Below, piece after piece: positions 20,355-29,907 of a DNA stretch of 64,000 bases (position 1 is the stretch's first letter; each line of letters starts with the position of its first letter). Both the position numbers and the translations under genes were made by a program. The stretch lies in sequence record OR493421.1; one strand, given 5' to 3'. A model generated the notes under the pieces. The model searched no databases. It saw only the letters and a program-made list of their open reading frames with translations, and was not told the DNA's origin.

Positions 20355-21639
20355 GATCGATTACCTCTTCCAGTGTTTTGAGAGACGTATGTATCAAAAG
20401 AAACTCTGGATACTGAGTACCTTTTCTGTTCTTACTGATAATGCAAAGAACGAGACTCTGTTAGGTAAAACTCCCTGGTTCCTTCATCGCAGCCCTAACG
20501 GATTTTGGTGTTATAACGATGACGGGGACACGATAGAAATAGAAGGGGATCTCGCTTACCCGCTATTCTACAAACACGAGAAGTTGGTGATAGACAATAA
20601 ATGGCACCCGAGTATTGAGGGGAGCGTCACCACAACGATGGGGATCTTATTGCTTAACAGATGTCTTTTCTGGGAAGTATTCCAAAACCGGACTCCGTAT
20701 CACAATAAACTCATAACCGGTAGATTAGTGGAAGACGTCATCGCCGAATTAATGGTAGATGACCCTCAGCCGGGTGAAGAGATACCAGCCGGTAAAGCAA
20801 GCGTGACCGAATGTCTTAAGCTTACGAAACAAGCCAACTATCTGATGGGTTTAAATGACATCTTTACTAAAGCCGGGAGTATCCAAGCGGTTACCGTAAG
20901 TAAGGCGGTCATTGCACTAAGGGAGAGATTGTTTAAAGAGCACGCCCATGAGTTGAACGACCCCATTGTCGCAGCGAACATCATCAAACAGATCGTAGAC
21001 CTCGACATGGAAGAGCAATTGAACGGCGCTTCTTCTGATTTCTTCATTGATAAGAAATTTATCGATAACGCCCGTAAGAAAATGTTCCTGGTCTTTGGTC
21101 TGGAAAGGGACTTTAACACGGGTGAGTTTATTCTGATAAAACAACCCCTTAATGAGATTTGGAATTACGACCAAATTACCCACTACATCAATACCGCAGT
21201 TTCCGCGTCCTATGACCGTGGTAAGGCAACGGGTGAAGGTGGTGCAGGGGTTAAAGAACTGATGCGTTTAACCTCACGAATTATCGTGGCTGAAGATGAT
21301 TGTGGGACGACCTATACGGAAGACGTCTATATCGACCCTTACAGTCTCAAGAACTGGAAGGGTGGTTATTACCTTAAGAATGGGAAACCGACCGTTCTGG
21401 AGGGCACTGAGACCGAAATGATAGGTAGTACGGTTAAGATGCGTGTTCCTTATCTGTGTCAGACAAAAGAAGATAACCATTGCAAGGTTTGTTGTGGGGT
21501 TTCTTTGGGTAAATCGGCCAACCGTTTAAGTAGTGAGGTCGTTAACATACCAACTCGGTTTATGTTAACTAAGATGAAAAACGCCCACGTTTCTAAAGTA
21601 GAAACAACCGTACTTAATCTTTACGATTCACTTTTCTAG
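20347..21639 (+). CDS. virion RNA polymerase beta' middle subunit (phiKZ gp80-like)
   Basis: EDDCGT, VPYLC...HCKVCCG zinc site, TKMKNAH trigger-loop-like segment. Confidence 0.85.
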   Translation: MNKIDYLFQCFERRMYQKKLWILSTFSVLTDNAKNETLLGKTPWFLHRSPNGFWCYNDDGDTIEIEGDLAYPLFYKHEKLVIDNKWHPSIEGSVTTTMGILLLNRCLFWEVFQNRTPYHNKLITGRLVEDVIAELMVDDPQPGEEIPAGKASVTECLKLTKQANYLMGLNDIFTKAGSIQAVTVSKAVIALRERLFKEHAHELNDPIVAANIIKQIVDLDMEEQLNGASSDFFIDKKFIDNARKKMFLVFGLERDFNTGEFILIKQPLNEIWNYDQITHYINTAVSASYDRGKATGEGGAGVKELMRLTSRIIVAEDDCGTTYTEDVYIDPYSLKNWKGGYYLKNGKPTVLEGTETEMIGSTVKMRVPYLCQTKEDNHCKVCCGVSLGKSANRLSSEVVNIPTRFMLTKMKNAHVSKVETTVLNLYDSLF

Positions 21640-21657
21640 AAAAAAAAATAAATAAGC

Positions 21658-21690
21658 TAATCCTCCTACCCCAATGGGGTAGGAGGATTA
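21658..21690. terminator. bidirectional terminator
   Basis: TAATCCTCCTACCCC-AAT-GGGGTAGGAGGATTA with A-tract on the left. Confidence 0.8.
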
Positions 21691-21693
21691 CTG

Positions 21694-22188
21694 TCAGCCG
21701 TATACAATCGTGGTCAGGCCAGTTTTGTCATCAGCAGCCCAGCTGATAGGGGTGTCGAGTTCTTCCAGCGCGATGGCCGCCAATACGCCGCAGTTTTCAC
21801 TTTGAGGGTCGGTCAGCAACCCAACAAACTCTTCGATGAAGTCAGCCATTTGCTGATGAATCACCGTACGTTGTTCATCCTTACGGGCTTCTGCCGATTC
21901 ATCATCATCACCGTCAGAATCGTCATCGTCGTAATTGTCGTCGATGGTTTCGAGGATATCGTCGACCTCTTTGGAAATGATGGAGCGAGGGTCGGTATCC
22001 TCGTCTTCTTTAACGAGCTCCTGAGCAGGTCGTTTGGCCAGAGTCAGGCCGGTAGTAAGGAGAAGCAGTTGCGCTTCTTCGTCGAATTCCTTGAGGTCGG
22101 CAACAGTTGAAGCCGGAAGACGCAGTACAATAGATTTTCTACTCATGTTAAAGTTTCCACTAAGATTAAAAAGCGTTGATGATCCCAA
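21694..22188 (-). CDS. hypothetical acidic protein (likely start 22147)
   Basis: Asp/Glu-rich ORF, DDNYDDDDSDGDDDES. Confidence 0.6.
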   Translation of the reverse strand: MGSSTLFNLSGNFNMSRKSIVLRLPASTVADLKEFDEEAQLLLLTTGLTLAKRPAQELVKEDEDTDPRSIISKEVDDILETIDDNYDDDDSDGDDDESAEARKDEQRTVIHQQMADFIEEFVGLLTDPQSENCGVLAAIALEELDTPISWAADDKTGLTTIVYG

Positions 22189-22514
22189 TTGATGAGCTTC
22201 GTGCCCTCAACCGATACCTTAAAACGACTGCTCTCAATAAGATGTTTCACTTCACTGTTAAGTTCGTCATTACGAATGTTTTCCACTAAGAGTAAACATT
22301 CATCAAACATCTCATTAACATCCGATTTCGGCGATTTCTCAAATAAAGATTCGACGTCGATGAAGAGTTCGTCGTAAGCTTCAGGAGAGAAATCACCATA
22401 GTAAATCCAGCGTTCAAAGAAAAGTGCGCTGGCGTGGTACAACCTCGAATCAGAAGCCCAGGGGATGTCTGCTGGGACACTGACCCTAACCAAACTTCTT
22501 ATTCTGTTTACCAT
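22143..22514 (-). CDS. hypothetical protein
   Basis: 123-aa ORF in tightly packed run. Confidence 0.55.
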   Translation of the reverse strand: MVNRIRSLVRVSVPADIPWASDSRLYHASALFFERWIYYGDFSPEAYDELFIDVESLFEKSPKSDVNEMFDECLLLVENIRNDELNSEVKHLIESSRFKVSVEGTKLINWDHQRFLILVETLT

Positions 22515-22906
22515 TGGGTTTTTATCATAATTACACTTCCGGTACTAAAGAGGAGCCGGGAAGTACGTTTAAAGGAAATGGAATTAATACAATTCAGAGC
22601 CTCTGTGACGTCATTATTAACTTCAGCGAGTATTTCCATCGCTTCTGTAAATAAATCGTCGCAGACGTCACTTGCGTCGTAAGAGAGAGCTGGATGCATC
22701 CAGCCCGGTTTTGTTAATGACCTGTTGCCCATTAACGCCTGTTCATAACACATGTTTCTTAAATAACCCAAATCCATATGCTCTTGAATAATGGCGTTTT
22801 CAAAATAATCCGCCAGATATTCTCCAGCTACCAAGCCTCCTTCCTCAGAATAATTGGAGCGAGATCGCAATACCGAAATCAGGCTATTGTTTTGTTTTGG
22901 TTCCAT
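22508..22906 (-). CDS. hypothetical protein
   Basis: 132-aa ORF in tightly packed run. Confidence 0.55.
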   Translation of the reverse strand: MEPKQNNSLISVLRSRSNYSEEGGLVAGEYLADYFENAIIQEHMDLGYLRNMCYEQALMGNRSLTKPGWMHPALSYDASDVCDDLFTEAMEILAEVNNDVTEALNCINSISFKRTSRLLFSTGSVIMIKTQW

Positions 22907-23333
22907 TCTTCTTCTGCTCTAATGAGACGAACAAAATATTATTTCGTTCGGCTTCCAACTTGGGTAAAAGATTATTACCTTTAGACATAGATAGGATGGG
23001 GTCGTTAAAGTTTTCAAGAAACGTCGAGAAAGCACTCAGAGTACGCTGACGTAATTGGAAGAAACGAATATAACGTTCGTTCTTCTTTTCGTTCAAATAA
23101 TGCTGATATTTTTCCTTCTCGTATATGGAAAGAGGTCGAGTGGTGGGTTCGAGCATTTTGTCATTAAGTTCGTCCAAACTATCCGTGACAATGTTCGACA
23201 GTAAAGAGTCCATGATCTCATACGCATCTTCAAGTTTCTGATGCGCAGTGTAGTCCAAAATGCCCGCGATCAAGGCTTCCAATGCAAAGGGTTCGATCTC
23301 CTTTCCGGCTCTTATGATCATGACGGAACGCAT
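22884..23333 (-). CDS. hypothetical protein
   Basis: 149-aa ORF with AGGAGG RBS. Confidence 0.7.
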   Translation of the reverse strand: MRSVMIIRAGKEIEPFALEALIAGILDYTAHQKLEDAYEIMDSLLSNIVTDSLDELNDKMLEPTTRPLSIYEKEKYQHYLNEKKNERYIRFFQLRQRTLSAFSTFLENFNDPILSMSKGNNLLPKLEAERNNILFVSLEQKKNGTKTKQ

Positions 23334-23403
23334 AGTCGTTCCTCCTAAATTTGTAAACGCATAATAGGTGGGAGCTGAGGAAACCCCCAGCTCTTGACCT
23401 AGT

Positions 23404-23423
23404 CATAATTTAGTACTGAAAAA
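23404..23423 (-). promoter_or_regulatory. phage promoter motif TTTTTCAGTACTAAATTATG
   Basis: 19/20 identical to 52119-52138; lies upstream of the 21.7-23.3 kb small-gene run. Confidence 0.65.
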
Positions 23424-23425
23424 TT

Positions 23426-24976
23426 CTAAGGAATGGAATGCCCGCTATTGATATTGGTAATACTCTTCGCTTTGTTGGCGAACTCCTCCATTCGCTTGCG
23501 ATGGTAGTCAACTTGCTTGTCTACGTTCTGACAAACGAAGTAAACGTACTTAGGAGAAAGATCGGGCCACCATTTCGTTATTTCCCTTAAACGCCCTAAT
23601 GACTGAGCGTTACGCTGTTTAGAAGAAACCGCATAGGGACTAAACGCAACGTAGAGTTTCTCAATATCTTTACCGGTGCTGCAACTCTGAGGAGTGGTAA
23701 TCAAGACTTGGTGCTTGAGGTAATTATCCTTGGTATCTGCCTTAGACGATTCCTCGTTGGTGTATTTCCCGAAATCCATTTCCGGGTAGTCCCTTTTAAA
23801 GAACTCCAACATGTTGACGCACATTTCAACTGTCGCAAAGAACCAGAGGGCTTTTTGCTCGGGTAACAAGTCTTTGACATAAAACTCTTCAAACGCCTGT
23901 TTACAGAGTTCGTAATACCTACCGAGCAGGTAAGGGGACTTCATAATCCCTTGTTCGAACTTCACGTGGTTATACCCCCCAAATCCTCTGGGGTTAATCC
24001 TGAACTTCCTAATGTCAATCCAGTGATGGTAAGCATAAACATCGATGTATTTCTTCGATTCCCCGTCCTTCAAGCGGATGCTTTGAGGATAGATGTACGA
24101 ATAGATACGGTTCTGTAAAGCATCGTCGGCTTTCAGAGTTGCTGACAACGCCAGGGTCTTCGAGAAATTACCGTAAAGCATGGACATATAAACCTGATAA
24201 ACAGATTCGTGTCCTTCATCCATGATCCTCAACCCAATCCCCATCTTAGCATAGAGCTCATCTAAGTCAGGAACGGTATCATCTTCCCTCATCCGTTTAT
24301 AGTGCGAGTCAATCCTGGTTAACGGGAGAATGATAATTTTGGGATTAATGATTCCCTTCTGAATGTTTTCGGCTAACTCCTCAAGTCCGCCAGATTCAAC
24401 ATAGACTACGTCTTCAACCGAGAGTTTCAAATATTGAAACAGGCATTTGGACCATATCGGTATATAACGAGGTAATGCTGTTATCAGCCCACGAACCCCC
24501 ATGTCGACCATGAGCTTGGTCGCGCAAAAGCTCTTACCCACACCTGTTCCGGCGTTGTTGACTTTTATGGGTCCGTCAGCAATCTGGTAATCACACCATT
24601 CCTTCTGTTCTTGCTCACTCCCTGGTTTATACCCACCCCATCCTTTATTCCATTCGAACTGTACTCTCGTCGGAACGATTTCTGGTTCATCGAGCACAAG
24701 CGCCCTGTTGGGAGCGTACCCGCAATATTCCATAAAACTCAGGAATTCTTTTAGAAGACCCGCGGATATACGGAATTCCGTTTTGTCATTATTCATACGA
24801 GCGAACACATGACTCACGTAACTCTGAGTTTTTCTTGTTCCGGGGATAGGTTTTTTGGCGTACTTATAAAGATACCGTCGACAGAACGGCATTATCACTC
24901 TGTTCACAAACTCCTCAGAATAATCCGTTATTCTGAGGTAATTGTGCGCTTTGTTAATGACCACCGTCTTACGCAC
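23426..24976 (-). CDS. superfamily 2 DExH helicase (phiKZ gp75-like)
   Basis: AGTGVGKS (I), DEGH (II), SAT (III), QSLGRLR (VI). Confidence 0.9.
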   Translation of the reverse strand: MRKTVVINKAHNYLRITDYSEEFVNRVIMPFCRRYLYKYAKKPIPGTRKTQSYVSHVFARMNNDKTEFRISAGLLKEFLSFMEYCGYAPNRALVLDEPEIVPTRVQFEWNKGWGGYKPGSEQEQKEWCDYQIADGPIKVNNAGTGVGKSFCATKLMVDMGVRGLITALPRYIPIWSKCLFQYLKLSVEDVVYVESGGLEELAENIQKGIINPKIIILPLTRIDSHYKRMREDDTVPDLDELYAKMGIGLRIMDEGHESVYQVYMSMLYGNFSKTLALSATLKADDALQNRIYSYIYPQSIRLKDGESKKYIDVYAYHHWIDIRKFRINPRGFGGYNHVKFEQGIMKSPYLLGRYYELCKQAFEEFYVKDLLPEQKALWFFATVEMCVNMLEFFKRDYPEMDFGKYTNEESSKADTKDNYLKHQVLITTPQSCSTGKDIEKLYVAFSPYAVSSKQRNAQSLGRLREITKWWPDLSPKYVYFVCQNVDKQVDYHRKRMEEFANKAKSITNINSGHSIP

Positions 24977-24992
24977 GGTTAACTCCTATTGT

Positions 24993-26972
24993 CTATAGGA
25001 CGGCTGGAGCCAGATAACACTCAAAGGCGCCTCCTTGACGTTCTTTAATATCATACGTCTCAGGGGATTCGAGTATCTGATTTTGCTTCTGGTAAATCGC
25101 CAGGGTCCCTATTCCTCGATTGTTAATGCAATGCGTGAAAGCGGAGAAATACTGGGGCTCGTCACCTCTAGGTATCCTATACAATCCGTTAAACGGATCC
25201 CTCGTTAACAGGGAGTAGAGGATAATCTCGGAGTGAATAATGTTGATCCCGGCAAACTTACGGTTTACTAAGCTCCACATTTCCCCTAATACTTCCCCGA
25301 AGATCTCGGGAGTTATCTCCCTTTGCTTCCAAGCGTTGTTACGATTGGAGAAAGAGACAAATCCTTCGATTTGACGACGATACTGATCCAGGTCCTCATG
25401 TACATAAGGGAGGAAGAACAACGGATCCTCACTACGATAATCGGATAGATCGACCGTAATCAACTTTTTATCTTTCTCCCACCCTTTAGAGATGGCGTAC
25501 TCGATAAACTCTCTTGACATCCTTGCACTACGAGAGGATACAGACGTGGTGATATTACGTTGTGTGATCGCAATACCTTCGGTCATCGGGTCTTCCGTTT
25601 CATATTCAAACGCAACAGAAGGGAATGTCCGCAATTGATCGAAATTGATCTCATCCAGAGATTCCAGATTTCGGAAGTCAGAAAGCTCGCTTCCTATCAA
25701 CCCATCCAATATGACCTTAGTTCCTTTACGACACATTTCTTTATTCAAGAAAATGTAATTCGTATCAGAGGAGATCACATCCGCATCTGTTGGCTTAACA
25801 AAGAACGGAATAGTTTGAGTGTGTCTCATGAAGTGTTTGGTCGAAAGAAGAGCCTGACCAATACGTTCTGCAATTGCCGTGGCGGAATACATTCCGGGAT
25901 TCGCAGATTTCATCATGATGACGTTATACGGTATCGACGCCTTCATCTTACCGTAACACACCCCACAAGGCTCACCAGGCTTATGAGTAAGACAGCCTTT
26001 AACCGACCTCATATTAAGAACGTCGCCCTTATGGTAACGTTTAATGGTTTGATCGGTTAATAGCACCAACTTACCTTCTTCCACGATATACTTGCCCTTC
26101 ATAGCAGAAAGCATATCCCTGGAAAGAACTTTAATCGGTACTGTGAAGGTTGTTCCGCAATCAGTCTGATGATGCAGATCGGTCACCACGGAAGTCACAA
26201 TATGCAATTTCCTATGGAACCACTCTGAATCTTCCAATGCGCGGCCGTTACTGATGAGACTCTTGCCCGCCGCTTTACTCTCACCCAAAGCATCTGCCAA
26301 ATTAACCAAACCATCTGCAAATGATGCTTCTACAGGATTGGGGAGTATCTGGTTGTTTAGGTCAAATACCGATCCCCTGATGATAACGGTTTGGAAACCC
26401 TGATTGACCGAAACCGATCCGGTCCTAGCGAGTAAAGCAAAGGTGTTGCTATCGAAATCTTCATGCTCAAGGATAAGCGATTTAAATTCCGCCTCCCCTT
26501 CATCGATGGTTATTTCGAGAGAATGGATCCGTTCCTTGATACTCTTCATCGAAGGATGGTCCATAACGTCGAGTATATCGTACCCCAATGCCGATATCTC
26601 AGCACCCTGTCCAAAGAAATGCAGGAAGTTATTAAGTTTGATCTGCCACTCGTAGATCATTTGCTTAATCCGATCAGTTTCAACCGGATCGTCAATTAAC
26701 GGCATCAACTGATTTTGGAGGAACCAGTTAATAGGTCGCTGTATTGTTTTATCATTCCAAACTTTTGCTTGGAATACCTCTTGTATGGAATAAGGGATGT
26801 TGTTATAGGCTCGGTGAATTGATAATCCATACCAGTTCACCATCAGCACGTAAGAATCAGTTTCTAGTGTTTCACCGTGGTCATCCTTAACCACAACTTT
26901 AACACGATTCTTCCACCATTTGGTCAGGAGCTCTCGTTCGGTCAGATTCGCATAATCACGAAGTAAGATCAC
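24993..26972 (-). CDS. non-virion RNAP beta' C-terminal subunit (phiKZ gp74-like)
   Basis: SEWFHRKL bridge-helix-like, TDCGT, CLTHKPGEPCGVCYG, AERIGQALLSTKH trigger-loop-like. Confidence 0.88.
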   Translation of the reverse strand: MILLRDYANLTERELLTKWWKNRVKVVVKDDHGETLETDSYVLMVNWYGLSIHRAYNNIPYSIQEVFQAKVWNDKTIQRPINWFLQNQLMPLIDDPVETDRIKQMIYEWQIKLNNFLHFFGQGAEISALGYDILDVMDHPSMKSIKERIHSLEITIDEGEAEFKSLILEHEDFDSNTFALLARTGSVSVNQGFQTVIIRGSVFDLNNQILPNPVEASFADGLVNLADALGESKAAGKSLISNGRALEDSEWFHRKLHIVTSVVTDLHHQTDCGTTFTVPIKVLSRDMLSAMKGKYIVEEGKLVLLTDQTIKRYHKGDVLNMRSVKGCLTHKPGEPCGVCYGKMKASIPYNVIMMKSANPGMYSATAIAERIGQALLSTKHFMRHTQTIPFFVKPTDADVISSDTNYIFLNKEMCRKGTKVILDGLIGSELSDFRNLESLDEINFDQLRTFPSVAFEYETEDPMTEGIAITQRNITTSVSSRSARMSREFIEYAISKGWEKDKKLITVDLSDYRSEDPLFFLPYVHEDLDQYRRQIEGFVSFSNRNNAWKQREITPEIFGEVLGEMWSLVNRKFAGINIIHSEIILYSLLTRDPFNGLYRIPRGDEPQYFSAFTHCINNRGIGTLAIYQKQNQILESPETYDIKERQGGAFECYLAPAVL

Positions 26973-29067
26973 TGTCTTTTTCCTTACGTAAAGTATAACC
27001 CGCGTCGTTGAGTAAATTCATTGTCATTCCCAAAGATCGGCTCATCGCATACTCTTCAGGTTTAATAATGGTTTTAATTCGGAACGGATTATCAGCCCGA
27101 ATAATACGTTTCGTCATCATGATACAAACGTAAGGGGAGTTAGCTGCAGCTAACTGCCTTACAACTTCCTCTCCCCCCATTTGAGTATTTTTCTGACGTG
27201 ATTCTGCCTCGCCCATATTACGACCTGGCTGAGCGCGGTGCCAATCTCTATAACGATCGCCATGATTCAACTTAGACGGCAGACCGTACACGTTACGCTT
27301 AGGGAATGACTGGCAACTCATATCGTTACCGAACTTATCAAGCAGGATGTAATACATGCTGCTGATACTGACAGGGAACATGGTGGTGATTTCCTGACCG
27401 AGCTCGTTAACGTAAATTGCCTTCTGAGGTTTGATATCCGGATAGGTCTCACGCATCAATCTCAGAATGTCGGCACCATACAGCTGGGTATCGCTTCGAC
27501 GTTGAACGCAGATCTTATCACTCAACACAAAGTCAACGTGATCGAATTGTTCTTCTTCCGTGGGGAGAGCGGCATCAACGATATCAGCGAACTCAGGAGC
27601 GGTAGAACGATAAAACTTAATGAGCTCCTGATAAGCTTTCTTATACCCTCCATTTTGAGCGACTAGAACTCTGATCCTGTTTTCGATCTCCAAGCCTATT
27701 AAGTTAACCCCAGCTTCTATTAACGCCGAAAAGATCTGGCGTCTAAAAGCAGGGGTATTGTTAATAATGACTTCTGATCGACGTCCATCGGCATATCGAG
27801 GTGCGTTAGCATCGGGTATAATGTGAACGATTACGCCTTTTGCACCTTGAGTGTCGGTAATTTTAAAACGTTTACGCGCAGTGACTCTTTCCTTTAAAGT
27901 AATCTCGACGTTCCAATCCAAAAGCGCCTTATTGCGGTGGGTTCGCTTGACCTGGTTATACTTGCCGGTAGCGAAGTTTTTAGTGACGTCGCCCAACTGT
28001 TTAGAGATGAACTCTTGGAGTGCATGGGTAAATGGAAGATCGGAATCTTTAAACTTCGCATCCATCCGGTAATACCACTCCTGGACCTCAAACGCCATTT
28101 GGTTAGAACGCTGTTCATAACGTTCCAGCAACTGAGTGTGAGGCTGAGTAATCTTCTCCTGACGTTTGTTATTGGAAACGTTCTTATAACGATCTGACTT
28201 GACCGAGATATTTTTAACAACGCAATCTTTAGGTGCGTAGAAAAGAATATCATAAGTTTGATCAGGGCGCATGAGTGCTTTTTTGGTTAAGCCCACCAGA
28301 GCGCTCGAAGTGTCACGTCTACGGAACCCCATGACAATACCGTCACTACGAATACTTTCTCCGTTCTCAGGGAACGGTCGTGGGGAATCTAATGTTCCAT
28401 AAAGATTCAGGGGGACGTACTCTGCTTCGTTCCAGGAGAACTTACGAGAATGCTGGAAGATGCTGGTCAGCTTACGAGCAAAGCTCTCAGTAATAGCAAT
28501 GCCGTCTTCTTCGGTATAAGGTGCGGTCATCCCACAAACCATCGCCTCAGTACCAAACATCCACTCTCCAGTATCACTGATATTTGGAGAATACGCAAAC
28601 ACATCACCTTTCTTAAAGGTAGGTGATTCTGTACTGAGTTTACGAAGGTTATCCTTGTTAAGTTTGTACTCAAACCCAACGTAAGTATTCTGCGTATTAA
28701 ATCGTGGAATAGTCAAGAGATCATAAAGCTGGTGTTCTTCGTTAAAGAAGATAACGTGGATCTCCGCCCAATCATCTGCAAGATTGCTACCGGGTTGTAG
28801 AGATCGCTGATAAAATGTTCTCTCTACAGTCATGTTTGACGGTGCTACTACTTTACGAGCGTACTTAGCATATTCTGGTTCGAAGCCGGTAGGGTTGCGT
28901 CTTGTCGACGCACCTTGTACGGAAACGGCTTTAGCTACGTTACCACCCAACATATATTGACGTGACGATGAAACCGACCAGGGAAATGAGTTCAAGTTAA
29001 TGTTGATGGACATCAACTCTGGTTTAAGCTGGTTTGTGGGTTTCTTATAGACAAATTTTTCTACCAT
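26956..29067 (-). CDS. non-virion RNAP beta C-terminal subunit (phiKZ gp71-73-like)
   Basis: GMTAPYTEEDGIAITES, KITDTQGAKGV, QPGRNMGEAE match beta conserved regions. Confidence 0.88.
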   Translation of the reverse strand: MVEKFVYKKPTNQLKPELMSININLNSFPWSVSSSRQYMLGGNVAKAVSVQGASTRRNPTGFEPEYAKYARKVVAPSNMTVERTFYQRSLQPGSNLADDWAEIHVIFFNEEHQLYDLLTIPRFNTQNTYVGFEYKLNKDNLRKLSTESPTFKKGDVFAYSPNISDTGEWMFGTEAMVCGMTAPYTEEDGIAITESFARKLTSIFQHSRKFSWNEAEYVPLNLYGTLDSPRPFPENGESIRSDGIVMGFRRRDTSSALVGLTKKALMRPDQTYDILFYAPKDCVVKNISVKSDRYKNVSNNKRQEKITQPHTQLLERYEQRSNQMAFEVQEWYYRMDAKFKDSDLPFTHALQEFISKQLGDVTKNFATGKYNQVKRTHRNKALLDWNVEITLKERVTARKRFKITDTQGAKGVIVHIIPDANAPRYADGRRSEVIINNTPAFRRQIFSALIEAGVNLIGLEIENRIRVLVAQNGGYKKAYQELIKFYRSTAPEFADIVDAALPTEEEQFDHVDFVLSDKICVQRRSDTQLYGADILRLMRETYPDIKPQKAIYVNELGQEITTMFPVSISSMYYILLDKFGNDMSCQSFPKRNVYGLPSKLNHGDRYRDWHRAQPGRNMGEAESRQKNTQMGGEEVVRQLAAANSPYVCIMMTKRIIRADNPFRIKTIIKPEEYAMSRSLGMTMNLLNDAGYTLRKEKDSDLTS

Positions 29068-29114
29068 GAAACGTGCCTCTATCGTTGTTATTCCTAAAGT
29101 TGTGGTACATCGCG

Positions 29115-29131
29115 ATGATATAGGTCTTAAA
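29115..29131 (-). promoter_or_regulatory. phage promoter motif upstream of nvRNAP beta gene
   Basis: minus strand TTTAAG-ACCTAT-ATCAT, same spacing as the 23404/34451/43867/52119 sites. Confidence 0.5.
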
Positions 29132-29142
29132 GGAGTTAGCTT

Positions 29143-29466
29143 ATGTTCAGTAATTTTGTCACCGTTGATGACGTTTACTTCTCCGAGGATACCAAGGTCT
29201 TATTACGCAGCAACATTGATTATTTAACTTCCATGGCTAAGACCCAGGTTATCTCCGATAGAAGTTTTCTTAATGCACACAAGTACGATTTTAGTCGTGT
29301 TTTGAGAGCGCACAACATACCCATTGAAATGAGATGGATAACTTGTTTTTTAAATAAAATCACAGATCCAAGTCAAGATGTTAGTGGAATGACCACGTTT
29401 CTTTATGTCGACCAGCAAATCGTCGATAACTTAATTTCCAAAGCCAACACTCAGAGGTTAAGTTAG
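29143..29466 (+). CDS. hypothetical protein
   Basis: 107-aa ORF with AGGAG RBS. Confidence 0.65.
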   Translation: MFSNFVTVDDVYFSEDTKVLLRSNIDYLTSMAKTQVISDRSFLNAHKYDFSRVLRAHNIPIEMRWITCFLNKITDPSQDVSGMTTFLYVDQQIVDNLISKANTQRLS

Positions 29467-29500
29467 CATAGTCGCTTAAGATACAATGTGTAGTTTTAAT

Positions 29501-29851
29501 TTATTTCAACGAAACGTCAATAGCAACAACATTTAAACGGCCTCCCATTAAAAATCCTCTGGCGTGGTAAACCACGTCGGAGGAGGGAGGCGTGTTTTCT
29601 TTTAGGCTTCCCATGAAAGAAACGTCCGCTTCAATATTCAATTGGGGGGTTAGTTTAAATCTTTCAAACTTCGCCACGACGTTACGAAATTCAACGGCGA
29701 GTCTTTCTGAATCCACTCTGGCATGAAGATCCGATAAAAGCTCTCCGTAAATCGGTTTAACGTTGAGGAGATTTACAATATTTCTGACCGTAATGCGGTT
29801 TTGTTTTTCCCAGTAAAGCAAATAATCTTTAGTTAAAACGACGGCTCGCAT
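29501..29851 (-). CDS. hypothetical protein
   Basis: 116-aa ORF. Confidence 0.55.
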   Translation of the reverse strand: MRAVVLTKDYLLYWEKQNRITVRNIVNLLNVKPIYGELLSDLHARVDSERLAVEFRNVVAKFERFKLTPQLNIEADVSFMGSLKENTPPSSDVVYHARGFLMGGRLNVVAIDVSLK

Positions 29852-29868
29852 ATTTTATCCCAAAAAAA

Positions 29869-29896
29869 TAGTGAATGGGGAAATCCCCATTCACTA
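29869..29896 (-). terminator. intrinsic terminator
   Basis: TAGTGAATGGGGA-AA-TCCCCATTCACTA followed by U-tract on minus strand. Confidence 0.75.
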
Positions 29897-29907
29897 CACA
29901 GGTTAAG

